Source of the DNA: an uncultured Candidatus Poseidoniales archaeon
Lineage (GTDB): Archaea; Thermoplasmatota; Poseidoniia; Poseidoniales; Thalassarchaeaceae
DNA length: 64,000 nucleotides
Direction: 5' to 3'
Assembly: GCA_964003245.1 (NCBI GenBank)
Contig: CAXFIU010000001.1
Span: 20,589-84,588, forward strand
In this document: positions 29,255 to 40,205 of the stretch, piece by piece
Layout: each line of letters starts with the position of its first letter
How positions within the stretch are numbered: the first letter of the stretch is position 1
The notes under the pieces: model-generated
Told to the model about the DNA's origin: nothing
What the model saw: only the letters and a program-made list of their open reading frames with translations
Databases searched by the model: none
Translations under genes and position numbers: made by a program

Positions 29255-29303
29255 TTTTTTTCGGAATTACAAAACCCCTCTCCGGGTTTACTCGGAGAGG
29301 GTT
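29255..29303. terminator. Bidirectional terminator region between convergent MC1 and sdhB: T7 run plus 9-bp stem hairpin
   Basis: ttttttt at 29255-29261 just after MC1 stop; ccctctccg(29276-29284)/cggagaggg(29293-29301) stem with 8-nt loop, flanked by A4 (= T4 on minus-strand transcript). Confidence 0.5.
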
Positions 29304-29307
29304 AAAA

Positions 29308-30069
29308 TCATCTTAACCCTAACTTACGTCCAATAATTGCAATTGGATCGTAGTATTCTGTAACTACTCTCTCTTTGAGAGGTATTATTGCATTATCAGT
29401 GATATTAATACCTGCAGGGCATACTTCAGTACAACAGCGAGTAATATTACAGTAACCTATACCAAAATCATCTTTAATTTGAGGAATCCTATTTTCAACA
29501 TCTAACGGATGCATTTCCAATCCTGCTAAACGTACAAAGAATCTTGGCCCAGCGAACTCATCGAACTTTTGATGTTCTCGGAGTACATGACATGTGTTTA
29601 CACATAACATACATTCAATACAACCTCTAAACTCTTGGATTCGATTAGCTTCGTTTTGATTAAATTCCCAATCTAATTCATCAGGACCATTTACAGGGAC
29701 CATTTTCTTATTCATTTCATATGCCCATGATGTATCAGTAACCAAGTCTTTTGTTAATGGAAATGATTGCATTGGTTTCACAAGAACTGGTTCGCCATCT
29801 GGAGTTTCTTCCATCACTTCTTCCATTCTTGTCATACACATAAGACGTGGTTTACCATTAACTTCTGCAGAACATGAACCACATTTACCTGCTTTACAAT
29901 TCCATCTGCAAGATAGATCTGGAGCATGCTCAGCTTGTATTCTATGAATTACATCAAGAACTACCATGCCTTCATCCATCTCAACAGTATAATCTACCAT
30001 TTCTCCAAAGGGATCACCATCTTCATCAGGTTCTCCTCTGAAAATCTTGAATGTCACATCTTCAGCCAT
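29308..30069 (-). CDS. sdhB: Succinate dehydrogenase/fumarate reductase iron-sulfur subunit
   Basis: CRWNCKAGKCGSCSAEVNGKPRLMC (2Fe-2S) and CIECMLCVNTC / C..TRCCTEVCP (4Fe-4S/3Fe-4S) cysteine clusters; GGAGG SD inside sdhA 3-prime end. Confidence 0.85.
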   Translation of the reverse strand: MAEDVTFKIFRGEPDEDGDPFGEMVDYTVEMDEGMVVLDVIHRIQAEHAPDLSCRWNCKAGKCGSCSAEVNGKPRLMCMTRMEEVMEETPDGEPVLVKPMQSFPLTKDLVTDTSWAYEMNKKMVPVNGPDELDWEFNQNEANRIQEFRGCIECMLCVNTCHVLREHQKFDEFAGPRFFVRLAGLEMHPLDVENRIPQIKDDFGIGYCNITRCCTEVCPAGINITDNAIIPLKERVVTEYYDPIAIIGRKLGLR

Positions 30070-30070
30070 T

Positions 30071-31897
30071 TTACTCCTCCTCATGTAAGTCTTCAACATC
30101 TAGTAATTTCTTTAGTTCCTCGTCTATCGGTGGGTATCTTCGATGCTCAATTGTCATTTTATCTTTCTTAGTTATAACACTATTTATTTTGCCCCAATAT
30201 TTGTAATCAGGCGTTGGAAAATCATCTCTAGTATGCCCTCCTCTCGATTCTTCCCTATGCAATGCGGCTAGTGTACACATTCTACTTACATCAATCATAG
30301 CATCAATTTCTAGTGCTTGATGCCAACCTGGATTATAAATTCGACTATTTCCTGTAGATGTGTTTTTACCACGTTTTTCTAAATCATCTAAATCTTTTAA
30401 TGCCTCTTTTAATAATTTTTCAGTTCTAATTATCCCTACTTTATACTGCATCATTTCTCTTAGATCTTCTACTACTTTCGCTGGATTCTCTCCATCCTTT
30501 CTATTTAATGGTGCTAATGTTTCTTCAATTGCATTTTTAATTTCAGAAGAATCTATAGGAAGAAAATCCTCAATATCTTTGGCTACCAATGCAGCGTTTT
30601 CTCCAGCAATTTTTCCAAATACAATAAGGTCTGAGAGTGAATTTCCTCCAAGTCTATTTGCGCCATGTAGTCCTGTAGCAGCTTCTCCGGCCGCAAACAT
30701 CCTAGGGACCGTAGTTTCTTGTGTCTCCGGATGTACTTTTATTCCCCCCATCACATAGTGCGCTGTAGGTCCTACTTCCATTTTTTCAGTAGTAATATCA
30801 ACTGCTGCTAATTCCTTGAACTGATGATACATTCCTGGAAGTTTCTTTCGTACTTGATCAGGTTCTCTCCAAGAAATATCCAGATATGCGCCTCCATGAG
30901 CGCTTGCTCTGCCTGCATCTCTTTCGGAATTAATCGCTTTAGCAACAACATCTCTTGTCAATAATTCAGGCGGTCTACGAACAGTTGCTAACTTCCCTTC
31001 TACGATCTCAGAAACCCATTCTAAGGCTTCTTTTTCAGTATCGGCAAATTCATCCTTGTACATCTCGGGAACATAGTCGAACATGAATCTCTTTCCTTCA
31101 GAATTAGTCAGCATACCACCCTCTCCTCGAACACCCTCAGTAACTAAAATTCCTTTTACTGACGGTGGCCAAATCATCCCTGTAGGGTGGAACTGAATGA
31201 ACTCCATATCTCCCATTTCAGCACCAGCCCAATAGGCTAGCGCATAACCTTCTCCAGTGTACTCCCATGAACCGGAGCAAACAGCCCAACACCTTGTGGC
31301 ACCTCCAGTTGCCATTACAATGGTTTTTGCTTTGAAAACATGTAATGACCCATCATTTCTATCATAGGCAAAACAACCAGATATTTTTCCATCTGTTTTG
31401 AACAGTTTACGGACAGTAAATTCCATAAATATCTCCATACCCATATGAACTCCTTTCTCTTGCAGAGTTCTGATTAATTCCAAACCGGTTGCGTCTCCGA
31501 TGTGTGCTAGCCTAGGATAGGTATGTCCACCAAAGTTTCTCTGATTTGTAAGTCCCTTCGGCGTTCTATCAAAAACCGCACCCCAAGTTTCCAATTCTCT
31601 AATTCTGTCCGGTGCTTGTTGAGCATGAATTTTTGCCATTCGCCAGTCATTTAGATATTTTCCACCTTTCATTGTATCTCGAAAATGAGTTTGCCAATTA
31701 TCGCGAGGATCTTTGTTGCCTAATGCGGCTGCAGCGCCTCCTTCAGCCATTACTGTATGCGCCTTTCCTAGCATTGACTTACATATCATTGCGACACTAA
31801 CGCCTGAATTACTAGCCTCTATTGCGGCTCTCAAGCCTGCACCACCAGCTCCAATTATTACGACATCATGTTCATGAATAATGTAATCCTCACTCAT
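30071..31897 (-). CDS. sdhA: Succinate dehydrogenase/fumarate reductase flavoprotein subunit
   Basis: [22 protein letters not shown]-binding fold, [10 protein letters not shown]-like His (FAD attachment) region, C-terminal ...[10 protein letters not shown]. Confidence 0.9.
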   Translation of the reverse strand: MSEDYIIHEHDVVIIGAGGAGLRAAIEASNSGVSVAMICKSMLGKAHTVMAEGGAAAALGNKDPRDNWQTHFRDTMKGGKYLNDWRMAKIHAQQAPDRIRELETWGAVFDRTPKGLTNQRNFGGHTYPRLAHIGDATGLELIRTLQEKGVHMGMEIFMEFTVRKLFKTDGKISGCFAYDRNDGSLHVFKAKTIVMATGGATRCWAVCSGSWEYTGEGYALAYWAGAEMGDMEFIQFHPTGMIWPPSVKGILVTEGVRGEGGMLTNSEGKRFMFDYVPEMYKDEFADTEKEALEWVSEIVEGKLATVRRPPELLTRDVVAKAINSERDAGRASAHGGAYLDISWREPDQVRKKLPGMYHQFKELAAVDITTEKMEVGPTAHYVMGGIKVHPETQETTVPRMFAAGEAATGLHGANRLGGNSLSDLIVFGKIAGENAALVAKDIEDFLPIDSSEIKNAIEETLAPLNRKDGENPAKVVEDLREMMQYKVGIIRTEKLLKEALKDLDDLEKRGKNTSTGNSRIYNPGWHQALEIDAMIDVSRMCTLAALHREESRGGHTRDDFPTPDYKYWGKINSVITKKDKMTIEHRRYPPIDEELKKLLDVEDLHEEE

Positions 31898-31906
31898 TAT
31901 ATCACC

Positions 31907-32719
31907 TCACATTATAATCCAATAATGGTCCTCAATTCTACCTTCAGAGACAGCCCAAACAAATAAATCTCCAAGGAAAACCATAACCAAACTAGTCCAA
32001 AACCAGAATGCATGCTCAATATTCAAATTACTAATTTTAATGTATAATTTGCCCATTATCCCTGAGATTCCGCCTCTCCATCGATTCATTCCTCCTCCAA
32101 AGAGATGTCTGAATGCATGACAAGAGGCAACATACATGAATAGGAGAAATGATTCAGTCGCCAAAACTAAGGTTCCCACGGATATTCCAAATTCAGTTCC
32201 ATGGTTAAACCACATTGTATGATATACATCGTAAACTTTCATTGAAAGAATAATTATTGCTAGATACAACATATATCTATGGATATTATTTAGTACAAAT
32301 AGTCCAGTCTCTCCTTTGTATCCCAGTCGATAATTAACTTCAGGCTTTGCAACAACACACGCTGTAGGATTCTGAAAAAATACTCTATGGTAGACTTTAC
32401 GCATGTAGTAACAAGTTCCTCTAAATCCAAATGGTATCCACAGAATTAGTAAGGCAGAATTCATCCAATTAGGCGTCTGTAAATGAAACAAATGTATCAC
32501 ATCTGGTGAAAAAATCGGTGAAGTTACTCTGTGATCATCATAGTGAATTGCTCCATCCCAAATTAAAACCCTTAATGATGTGTAAATCAAAGCCAGAGTT
32601 AATCCAAAACCCATCCAAAATGGCTTAGTCCACCATTTATCAATTCTATCTGTTTTTCCAAACCCCTTTTTTAGGGGCAGTTTAATCGAATCAGACAAAG
32701 AACTCACCAACTGGTGCAA
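31907..32719 (-). CDS. Putative succinate dehydrogenase membrane anchor / cytochrome b-like subunit
   Basis: Hydrophobic His-rich protein immediately upstream of sdhA on the same strand; assignment by context only. Confidence 0.4.
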   Translation of the reverse strand: MHQLVSSLSDSIKLPLKKGFGKTDRIDKWWTKPFWMGFGLTLALIYTSLRVLIWDGAIHYDDHRVTSPIFSPDVIHLFHLQTPNWMNSALLILWIPFGFRGTCYYMRKVYHRVFFQNPTACVVAKPEVNYRLGYKGETGLFVLNNIHRYMLYLAIIILSMKVYDVYHTMWFNHGTEFGISVGTLVLATESFLLFMYVASCHAFRHLFGGGMNRWRGGISGIMGKLYIKISNLNIEHAFWFWTSLVMVFLGDLFVWAVSEGRIEDHYWIIM

Positions 32720-32838
32720 GCACCAGTACTACTCGCGAACCAAAGAAGGGCAATAAGTGATTGCTTTTTCCCATGACTCAATCATTCCTCTCTAGCGGAA
32801 TATTAATGTGGACTTGGTTTTTCCAATGTTTTATTAAA

Positions 32839-32952
32839 ATGGACGATTTCAGCGACATCACTACATCAATTTGTCCTAATTGTGGTTATATGCCTGGAGC
32901 TTGGCTACCCACACTTCGTTGTCCTGAATGCGGAGAAATAATGTTCCCCTGA
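32839..32952 (+). CDS. Possible zinc-ribbon mini-protein
   Basis: MDDFSDITTSICPNCGYMPGAWLPTLRCPECGEIMFP: CxxC-x13-CxxC; lies in gap between two minus-strand genes; could be spurious. Confidence 0.3.
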   Translation: MDDFSDITTSICPNCGYMPGAWLPTLRCPECGEIMFP

Positions 32953-32956
32953 AAAA

Positions 32957-34585
32957 TTATGCCAAAGAAGAATAATCAACTTCTTCTTCAATCAACTCAA
33001 TTTCATCTACATCCATTTGAGCAAGTTGTAACTTACCTGATAACTCGTCATTTACTGCATGCCAATATGAATATGATTCAATAACCCATATTCCTGATTC
33101 GCGAGTGCCATTCCCGCTACCTTTTACTCCACCAAAAGGAAGATGAGCTTCAGCACCAGTTGTTGAATTATTTATTCCGGTCATTCCTGCTTTAATTCCT
33201 GATTTGTACCTATATGCCTCTAGTCTATCATTGGTATAAATTGCGCTTGATAATCCATATGGCGATGCATTTGCAAGATGTAATGCGTGTTCGAAATCTT
33301 TAGCTTTTACAATTGTGATTACTGGGCCAAATATCTCTTCATGGAAACAATCCATATCTTCAGTCACATCTGCATAAACATGTGGCCACATGTAAACTCC
33401 TTGTTCGGGATTACCGAGGAAATTTTCTGGTCTATTATCGGAGGTTATTCTTCCATTACCCCATAATTTCCTTGCTCCACTTTTTTCACATAATTGTAAA
33501 TCTCTCATGAAATCATTTGCATATTTTTCAGATAACATAGGGCCGTACAATACATTGTCGTGAACCATTGAGTCTCCAATTGTTGTTGATCTCACTTTTT
33601 CCATCAATTTTTCAATGAAATCATCATAAATATCTTCATGAATTATCAAATTACCGAGACTGGTACATCGTTGACCCGCTGTTCCAAATCCTGCCCAATA
33701 TGCTCCTTCAACAGCATTCTCCATATTTGCACTTGGCATAATTACTAATGGGTTTTTGCCACCTAATTCCAGACTCGCTGATACTAAGTTTCTACCACAA
33801 ACTTCTCCAATCATTTTTCCTACTGATGTAGAACCAGTGAAACTGATCTTATTGACTAACCCCTGATCGACAGCATCAACAAGATGTTGTCCTGCACCAC
33901 TTCCTTTCCCATGAACCAAGTTTATGACACCATTGGGTAATCCTGCTTCATGCATAATTCTAGTTAGCATGAAGGACAATAATGGAGAGTCTTGAGGGCT
34001 TTTCCAGACACATGTATTTCCACACATTATTGCTGGAATCATTTTCCAAAAAGGAACTGCTGAGGGGAAATTACATGCATTTATTATCCCACAGACACCT
34101 AAAGGCCGTCTATAAGTAAAAAGTTCCTTATCTGGTAATTCCGAATTAACTGTTTGACCATATAATCTACGCCCCTCAGATTGGAAAAATAGACAGGTGT
34201 CAATTGCTTCCTGAACTTCTCCCCCACTTTCTTTCAATGTTTTCCCAATCTCTCTTGTCTCAACTCTTACAATATCATCTTTGTATTGCATTAGCAATCT
34301 TCCCATATTGCCTATAATTTGCCCTCTAGTAGGTGCTGGTGTTGCAGCCCATGAAGGGAATGCGTTTCTTGCAGCTTTTAGTGCTTCATGTACGTCTTCT
34401 TTATTTGAAAGTGGGAACTCTCCAAGACAGTCAGAGAGTAGTGCTGGATTTAGACTATCAAAAGTTTCTCCACCACTTGATAATTTCAATTCACCATTGA
34501 TTATATTGTATCCCTTAATCTTCGGACTGCCATTGGGATTATTGGCTTCCATAAATTCAAATCCTGTTTCGAGTACATTGGTCAT
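32957..34585 (-). CDS. NAD(P)-dependent aldehyde dehydrogenase
   Basis: LELGGKNP (catalytic Glu region), GQRCTSLGNLIIHEDI (catalytic Cys), FTGSTSVGKMIG; start uncertain (34585 vs 34552 vs 34624). Confidence 0.8.
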   Translation of the reverse strand: MTNVLETGFEFMEANNPNGSPKIKGYNIINGELKLSSGGETFDSLNPALLSDCLGEFPLSNKEDVHEALKAARNAFPSWAATPAPTRGQIIGNMGRLLMQYKDDIVRVETREIGKTLKESGGEVQEAIDTCLFFQSEGRRLYGQTVNSELPDKELFTYRRPLGVCGIINACNFPSAVPFWKMIPAIMCGNTCVWKSPQDSPLLSFMLTRIMHEAGLPNGVINLVHGKGSGAGQHLVDAVDQGLVNKISFTGSTSVGKMIGEVCGRNLVSASLELGGKNPLVIMPSANMENAVEGAYWAGFGTAGQRCTSLGNLIIHEDIYDDFIEKLMEKVRSTTIGDSMVHDNVLYGPMLSEKYANDFMRDLQLCEKSGARKLWGNGRITSDNRPENFLGNPEQGVYMWPHVYADVTEDMDCFHEEIFGPVITIVKAKDFEHALHLANASPYGLSSAIYTNDRLEAYRYKSGIKAGMTGINNSTTGAEAHLPFGGVKGSGNGTRESGIWVIESYSYWHAVNDELSGKLQLAQMDVDEIELIEEEVDYSSLA

Positions 34586-34725
34586 GTGCCTGCGAAATAT
34601 AACTCTATGAAGAAACCTTCTCAAGAAGGATTATGGTGATTTTATCCATTATTCATTTGACATCTTCAAGTTCACAGGTTTAACTACCCCCGATTACTAC
34701 AAGGGATTGTTCAGAGGTATGTGGA

Positions 34726-36957
34726 ATGTCAAATGAGGAAGTAGATGACTTACAACTTAGAGTAGCCAAGGCAATACCAAGCGATGTAGGGCATGGTCGT
34801 GCACGAGTACCTTTTGATAACGATTTAAATCTGAAACCAGGAGATATTGTTGAGATTACTGGAGAGCAAAAAACCGCCGCTATCGTTTGGCGTTGTCGTC
34901 CAGAAGATGCCAATCTTGGTATTATCAGAGTAGATGGAATTATTAGGAAAAATGCAGGTGTTTCTCTGGGAGATAAAGTTTCAATTCGTAAAGTGGAGAC
35001 ACAGCCTTGTCAGAAATTAATCCTTAGTCCTGTAATGGCTAAGCAACAGAAAGTACGTTTTGGGCCCGGAATTGAGGGATTTGCTCGCAGAGGCCTGAAT
35101 AAGAGACCAGTAGTTTCAGGAGATAGGATATTCATACCTGGAATGACTCTTTTTGCAGAGGCTTTACCGTTCCAGATAGTCAAAACAACTCCTAAAGGGA
35201 TAGTCCAAGTACTTCCCGACACTGAAATAATAATCAAAGAAGAACCTGTTGATGAAGAAGATGAATCTGGCCAACCAATTTCAACAATTTCATATGAGGA
35301 TATAGGAGGAATAGGTGAGCAACTTCAGAAAGTTAGAGAAATGATCGAACTTCCATTGAAGCATCCTATTCTATTCCGAAGATTGGGAATCGATCCCCCG
35401 AGAGGAGTTCTTTTACATGGTCCTCCAGGGACTGGAAAAACATTGATTGCGAAGGCTGTTGCATCAGAAACTAAAGCCAATTTCACTTCAATAAACGGGC
35501 CTGAAATAATTTCGAAATATTACGGAGAGAGTGAAAAACAATTACGTGAAATATTTGATGAAGCAGCTGCTAATTCTCCGGCTATAATTTTCATTGATGA
35601 ATTAGATTCTATTGCTCCTAAGAGAGAAGATGTTAGTGGAGAAGTAGAGAGAAGAGTCGTTGCTCAATTATTGACTTTACTTGATGGTATGCAAGGTAGG
35701 GATAATGTCATAGTAATTGGTGCAACTAATCGTCCTGATGCAATCGATCCGGCTCTTCGTCGTGGAGGGCGATTCGACCGAGAATTAGAGATAGGAGTTC
35801 CAGATAAGAATGGCCGTTCAGAAATCATTGGAATCCATACCCGTGGAATGCCAATTAGTGATGATTTTGAAATTGAATGGTTATTGGATAATACTCATGG
35901 ATTTGTAGGGGCAGATATTTCAGCTCTTGTTAGAGAAGCTGCAATGAAAGCTCTTAGAAGATATTTGCCAGAGATTGATTTAGACGAAGAACAGATTCCA
36001 GCTGAAGTACTTGAAAAGATGGAAGTCAGAATGGCAGATTTCAAATTAGCAATTAAGGAAATTGAACCAAGCGCTCTAAGAGAAATATATCTTGAAGTCC
36101 CCGAAGTAAGTTGGGATCAAGTAGGAGGATTAACAGAAGTCAAAGAAAGACTGAAGGAAAGTATTGAATGGCCCCTCACAAGACCTGAGATGTTTGACCA
36201 TTTTGGTATAAATCCTCCACGGGGAATAGTTCTGTTTGGAGCACCTGGGACTGGTAAGACACTTATTGCTAAGGCGATTGCAAATGAAGCCAAAGCGAAT
36301 TTCATTACAATAAAAGGACCGGAATTAATTTCTAAATGGGTGGGTGACTCAGAGAAAGCTGTTAGAGAGTTATTCAAGAAAGCTAAGCAATCTAGTCCTT
36401 CTATAATTTTCTTAGATGAATTTGAGAGTATTGCTGGAGTCAGGAGAAGTAATACCGGCGAAGGTTCGGATGTGATGAATAGAGTAGTTAATCAATTACT
36501 AAGTTCAATGGATGGTGTTGAATCAATGGAAGGAGTAATCGTCGTTGCAGCTACTAATCGCCCAGAAATGATAGATCCCGCATTACTAAGAAGTGGAAGA
36601 TTCGAAAGAGTCCTCCACATCCCCCCTCCAGATGTTGATTCAATTAAGGCAATTTTGAAAATTCATTCCGAGCCGATGCCTCTTGGAAAATTCAAGATCG
36701 AAGACTTAGCTCCACAGTTAGTTAATTACACCGGTGCAGATATTGAAGCTATATGTAGGGAAGCTGCTTTAATTTCAATGAGAGCCGAGAAAAAAAGTGT
36801 ATCTAAAAAGCATTTTGAAGAGGCAATAAATAGAGTTCGTCCTACGATTACCGATGAAATGATGGATTATTACAATAGAATGGAAGCAAGATTAACTAGT
36901 GGTCTTGAATCAGTTCGACGTAGTTCAGAGGTCCATTCAGGAATTGAATCCGCTTGA
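34726..36957 (+). CDS. cdc48: Cdc48/VCP-like AAA+ ATPase (two AAA domains)
   Basis: N-domain, then two Walker A sites [20 protein letters not shown] and [20 protein letters not shown], two DE(L/F) Walker B sites; no C-terminal HbYX motif. Confidence 0.9.
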   Translation: MSNEEVDDLQLRVAKAIPSDVGHGRARVPFDNDLNLKPGDIVEITGEQKTAAIVWRCRPEDANLGIIRVDGIIRKNAGVSLGDKVSIRKVETQPCQKLILSPVMAKQQKVRFGPGIEGFARRGLNKRPVVSGDRIFIPGMTLFAEALPFQIVKTTPKGIVQVLPDTEIIIKEEPVDEEDESGQPISTISYEDIGGIGEQLQKVREMIELPLKHPILFRRLGIDPPRGVLLHGPPGTGKTLIAKAVASETKANFTSINGPEIISKYYGESEKQLREIFDEAAANSPAIIFIDELDSIAPKREDVSGEVERRVVAQLLTLLDGMQGRDNVIVIGATNRPDAIDPALRRGGRFDRELEIGVPDKNGRSEIIGIHTRGMPISDDFEIEWLLDNTHGFVGADISALVREAAMKALRRYLPEIDLDEEQIPAEVLEKMEVRMADFKLAIKEIEPSALREIYLEVPEVSWDQVGGLTEVKERLKESIEWPLTRPEMFDHFGINPPRGIVLFGAPGTGKTLIAKAIANEAKANFITIKGPELISKWVGDSEKAVRELFKKAKQSSPSIIFLDEFESIAGVRRSNTGEGSDVMNRVVNQLLSSMDGVESMEGVIVVAATNRPEMIDPALLRSGRFERVLHIPPPDVDSIKAILKIHSEPMPLGKFKIEDLAPQLVNYTGADIEAICREAALISMRAEKKSVSKKHFEEAINRVRPTITDEMMDYYNRMEARLTSGLESVRRSSEVHSGIESA

Positions 36958-36967
36958 GGGAAATAAA

Positions 36968-37210
36968 ATGCCAGTAACATTCGGAAGAGAAATCATTAAT
37001 CGTGAAGTTCATGATAGTGCAGATGATAGACTGGGTAGCGTTACAGATTTTACTATAGATATTGAAAATGGACAGATCACTAATATTCTAGTTATGATTG
37101 AACCAGATATAAATCCTCAACTTCTTCCATGGCCTACTGTAAATGGTCTTTTATCTGTTCCAGTTGAAGAGATTGATAGTGTTGGCAAGGTAATTAAACT
37201 ATCAGAATAG
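36968..37210 (+). CDS. PRC-barrel domain small protein
   Basis: MPVTFGREIINREVHDSADDRLGSVTDFTIDIENGQITNILV...; ATG begins 11 nt after the cdc48 stop. Confidence 0.45.
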   Translation: MPVTFGREIINREVHDSADDRLGSVTDFTIDIENGQITNILVMIEPDINPQLLPWPTVNGLLSVPVEEIDSVGKVIKLSE

Positions 37211-37298
37211 CATGATGCATAACCGTTCATTCGTTCACAACCATCTTAAGTCGAAGTTCAGGCTCGATTTTTGTCGTATAGACTAGGTGGGGTATAGG

Positions 37299-38951
37299 AT
37301 GGCCAATTTTCGCGATTATACTCGTAGATTAACTACCTTGAAAGCACGTCGTAATATGTTGATTGGAGCTTTTTGGATTTTACTAATTCTCTTAATTTCT
37401 ACAATAGCAGCAACTTACGTCACAGATGGTCAAACTCAGCAATCAGCATATGGCGATGACTGGAACGATCTTGGTTTGTTTAGAGCTGAGATAAATAGCA
37501 TGGGAGTAGATACAACTGCATTGGTATCAAGCCCTCTATTATTGAGTGAGATCGATCATCCTGAAGAAGCTATTTTCATTATATCGGGTGTAGAGAAAGA
37601 TACTATCTCACTGCCTAGATTTACAGGTGATGAGAATGTGATTGAATTATCTGAGGGTTCGGGCTACACAACTTCTGAGATACTTGCAATCGATGAATTT
37701 GTTGAAGCAGGTGGTACTGTACTTTTGATGGATGATAAAGGCTATTCTTCAACTTTAGCAGAACAGTTTGGATTAGAATTCTCAGGCCATACCTTGTATG
37801 ATGGAGAAGCATATGCTACAGAATTAGATTACAATTTCATTTGGGTAAATACTACATCTGCCTTTAATTTCACAACTAATTCTGGTTCTTTATCAAGCAT
37901 TCATCCATGTCTTAGAGATACAGATACTGATGGTTTCATTGATTTACTAGACACTGACCCTTATGATATTACAACATTTCCAGCAGGAATTACTCGTGAA
38001 GATGCAGGATTGTGCTCCCACCGATGGATATCAGAAACACAATGGGATTTCTCTGAGAATTATAATTTGTTAACTAACCAACCATCTGCTTTCAATGCAG
38101 GTTCTTATAATCCCGTAGAAAATAGATATGATATAGGAAAATCTACTCTTGATTCATATTTAGATACTAATGATGACGGTAATCTCACGATTGGTTCTTC
38201 TGCATTTGGAATTGATGGAGATGAAGTAGGCCCATTTGCTGTTTATGTCCGTTACTGTGCAGATCGTTTGTGTGTAGGGGCTGACTCTGGAAGAGTACAT
38301 TTTGTTGCAGATGGTTCAGTATTAACTAATTCATTGTATGACGATGCATTTTACTCAGGAGTAGACGATGTTGTTCCTTCAAATGATAATAGGAAATGGG
38401 CGCTCGACATTATTGCAGAATCTTTATTGATTGGCAATTCGAGTGCAAAAAGTTCTTCAAATGCGATTGTAATTTTTGATGAATCAAGACATCAACAACC
38501 TACATTATTCGGAGATACATATAACTTAATGTATTACTTATTGATCTATTTTACCAATGATTGGATGGCAATGTTACTATTATTCCTTGGTTTATTTATT
38601 ACTTTAGAGGCGGTTTTAATTCGTAAAGAAGATCCTGAAAACTGGCGACATGTATTCAGAATAATTTACTACGGTTTTGGAGACGCTAGGAGATATGAAT
38701 ATTATCAAAAACCTGAAAAAATAAGGCAGGTATTACTTACGAGAATACGAAATCTGAATACGCTTTCAAGAGAAGAATTTGATGCACTCCCCGCTGCTGA
38801 ATTACAAAGAATGATTGATGACCAAGTATTAACTAAATTCATTTTCGAAGATAGAAGATATAAGCCCGATGAATTGGTTGGGATTGTGAAAAGAATCAAG
38901 GAATGGGGTTCAACTAATTCTGAAGAGGAGGTAGAATATGTGGACTCGTAA
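37299..38951 (+). CDS. DUF4350-like membrane-anchored ecto-protein (N- and C-terminal TM, large Asp/Thr-rich external domain)
   Basis: N-terminal TM MLIGAFWILLILLISTIAA, external domain with IVIFDESRHQQ block, C-terminal TM MAMLLLFLGLFITL; first gene of SD-coupled three-gene unit. Confidence 0.45.
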   Translation: MANFRDYTRRLTTLKARRNMLIGAFWILLILLISTIAATYVTDGQTQQSAYGDDWNDLGLFRAEINSMGVDTTALVSSPLLLSEIDHPEEAIFIISGVEKDTISLPRFTGDENVIELSEGSGYTTSEILAIDEFVEAGGTVLLMDDKGYSSTLAEQFGLEFSGHTLYDGEAYATELDYNFIWVNTTSAFNFTTNSGSLSSIHPCLRDTDTDGFIDLLDTDPYDITTFPAGITREDAGLCSHRWISETQWDFSENYNLLTNQPSAFNAGSYNPVENRYDIGKSTLDSYLDTNDDGNLTIGSSAFGIDGDEVGPFAVYVRYCADRLCVGADSGRVHFVADGSVLTNSLYDDAFYSGVDDVVPSNDNRKWALDIIAESLLIGNSSAKSSSNAIVIFDESRHQQPTLFGDTYNLMYYLLIYFTNDWMAMLLLFLGLFITLEAVLIRKEDPENWRHVFRIIYYGFGDARRYEYYQKPEKIRQVLLTRIRNLNTLSREEFDALPAAELQRMIDDQVLTKFIFEDRRYKPDELVGIVKRIKEWGSTNSEEEVEYVDS

Positions 38952-40191
38952 AGCAGCTATCCTCCTTACAAGCGGAATAAGCTTGATTCTCATAGGTATG
39001 ATGATTTCTAATTTCCAATTAATGATTGTAGGCCTGACTTTCGTTTCATTCTTAGCAATTAATGGGTGGGTTGAGGGACATTCAGATTTAGAAATAAAAA
39101 GAGAAGTTTCTGCTGTCAATGTTTACAAAGGAGATGACATAAATGTTGTACTAACTATAACAAATAAGTCATATCGGCGTACACAACAGTTAGAGGTTTT
39201 TGATAATGTACCTCATGAGATGAAAATGAGAAAAGGTATCAATCTAATGCGAATGAACCTAGGCCCTGGACAAACTGCCACGATTCGTTATACAGTTCGT
39301 TGTCCATTACGGGGGCACTATACCATAGGTCCGACATCTATTAGGTATCGTAATACATTCAATTTATTTGTTTCCGAAACTAGTATCGGAGATCGATCAG
39401 ATATCACAGTATTCCCTCAAGTTAGAGATGTGGAAGAGGCCTTGATTCGTTCTGATGTTCCAAAGATGTATACTGGAGCTACCACTCTAAAAACGCCAGG
39501 GCAAGGAATGGAATTTTACGCTTTGAGAGAATATTTCCCAGGGGATTCATTCCGCTCAATTAATTGGAAAGCTTTTGCTAGAACTGGGGAATTAATGGTT
39601 AATGAGAAGACTAGAGATGCGGTAACTGACGTTTTTATTATTCTCGATACTCGTGACGTAGCAAGAATTGGAACTGTGCTAAAGAATCCATTAGAAATGG
39701 GTACAGTAGCCGCTGCTTCAATCGCTAATTATTTCATCAAGAGAAGAGATTCGGTTTCTTTGGTTACCTATGGTGAAAGAATGGATTTCCTCCCTCCTGA
39801 AACTGGAGATAAGCAACATTACAAGGTTCTAAGCCAATTGGCTGCAGTTGAATCGAAAGGGAGTATGCCCTTACAAGCAGTAACTAATGCCCTTTCACCA
39901 AGAATTTCTAGAGGTTCTCCTGTATTTATTATCAGTAGTTTAGAAGGGGATGGTACGACTTTATCAGCAATTAGAAATCTCTCTGGCAAGGGTCATGAAG
40001 TAATTGTTTTGTCTCCAAGTAGCATTGATCTTGAGAGGCTTGTAAGTAGGATTCCAAGAATGGCCTATGAAGTATTAAAATTGGAAAGACAAAATCGATT
40101 AACAGCTATTTCAGGATATGGAGCCAAAGTAATAGACTGGACACCCAGTGTTGAATTATCTCAAGCTTTATTGCAAATTAGGACAGTATAA
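38938..40191 (+). CDS. DUF58 family protein (vWA-like, MoxR-associated type)
   Basis: N-terminal TM pair then REYFPGDSFRSINWKAFARTGELMVNEKTRDAVTDVFIILDTRD, matching the DUF58 core; GGAGG SD, 14-nt overlap with upstream gene. Confidence 0.65.
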   Translation: MWTRKAAILLTSGISLILIGMMISNFQLMIVGLTFVSFLAINGWVEGHSDLEIKREVSAVNVYKGDDINVVLTITNKSYRRTQQLEVFDNVPHEMKMRKGINLMRMNLGPGQTATIRYTVRCPLRGHYTIGPTSIRYRNTFNLFVSETSIGDRSDITVFPQVRDVEEALIRSDVPKMYTGATTLKTPGQGMEFYALREYFPGDSFRSINWKAFARTGELMVNEKTRDAVTDVFIILDTRDVARIGTVLKNPLEMGTVAAASIANYFIKRRDSVSLVTYGERMDFLPPETGDKQHYKVLSQLAAVESKGSMPLQAVTNALSPRISRGSPVFIISSLEGDGTTLSAIRNLSGKGHEVIVLSPSSIDLERLVSRIPRMAYEVLKLERQNRLTAISGYGAKVIDWTPSVELSQALLQIRTV

Positions 40192-40205
40192 GGAGGTTAG
40201 AAAAT

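Noticed and set aside
36899-36967. Upstream part of the ORF 36899-37210 that overlaps the cdc48 3-prime end
   Set aside because: The recognisable PRC-barrel sequence starts at the internal ATG (36968). The overlapping N-terminal extension is probably not translated.
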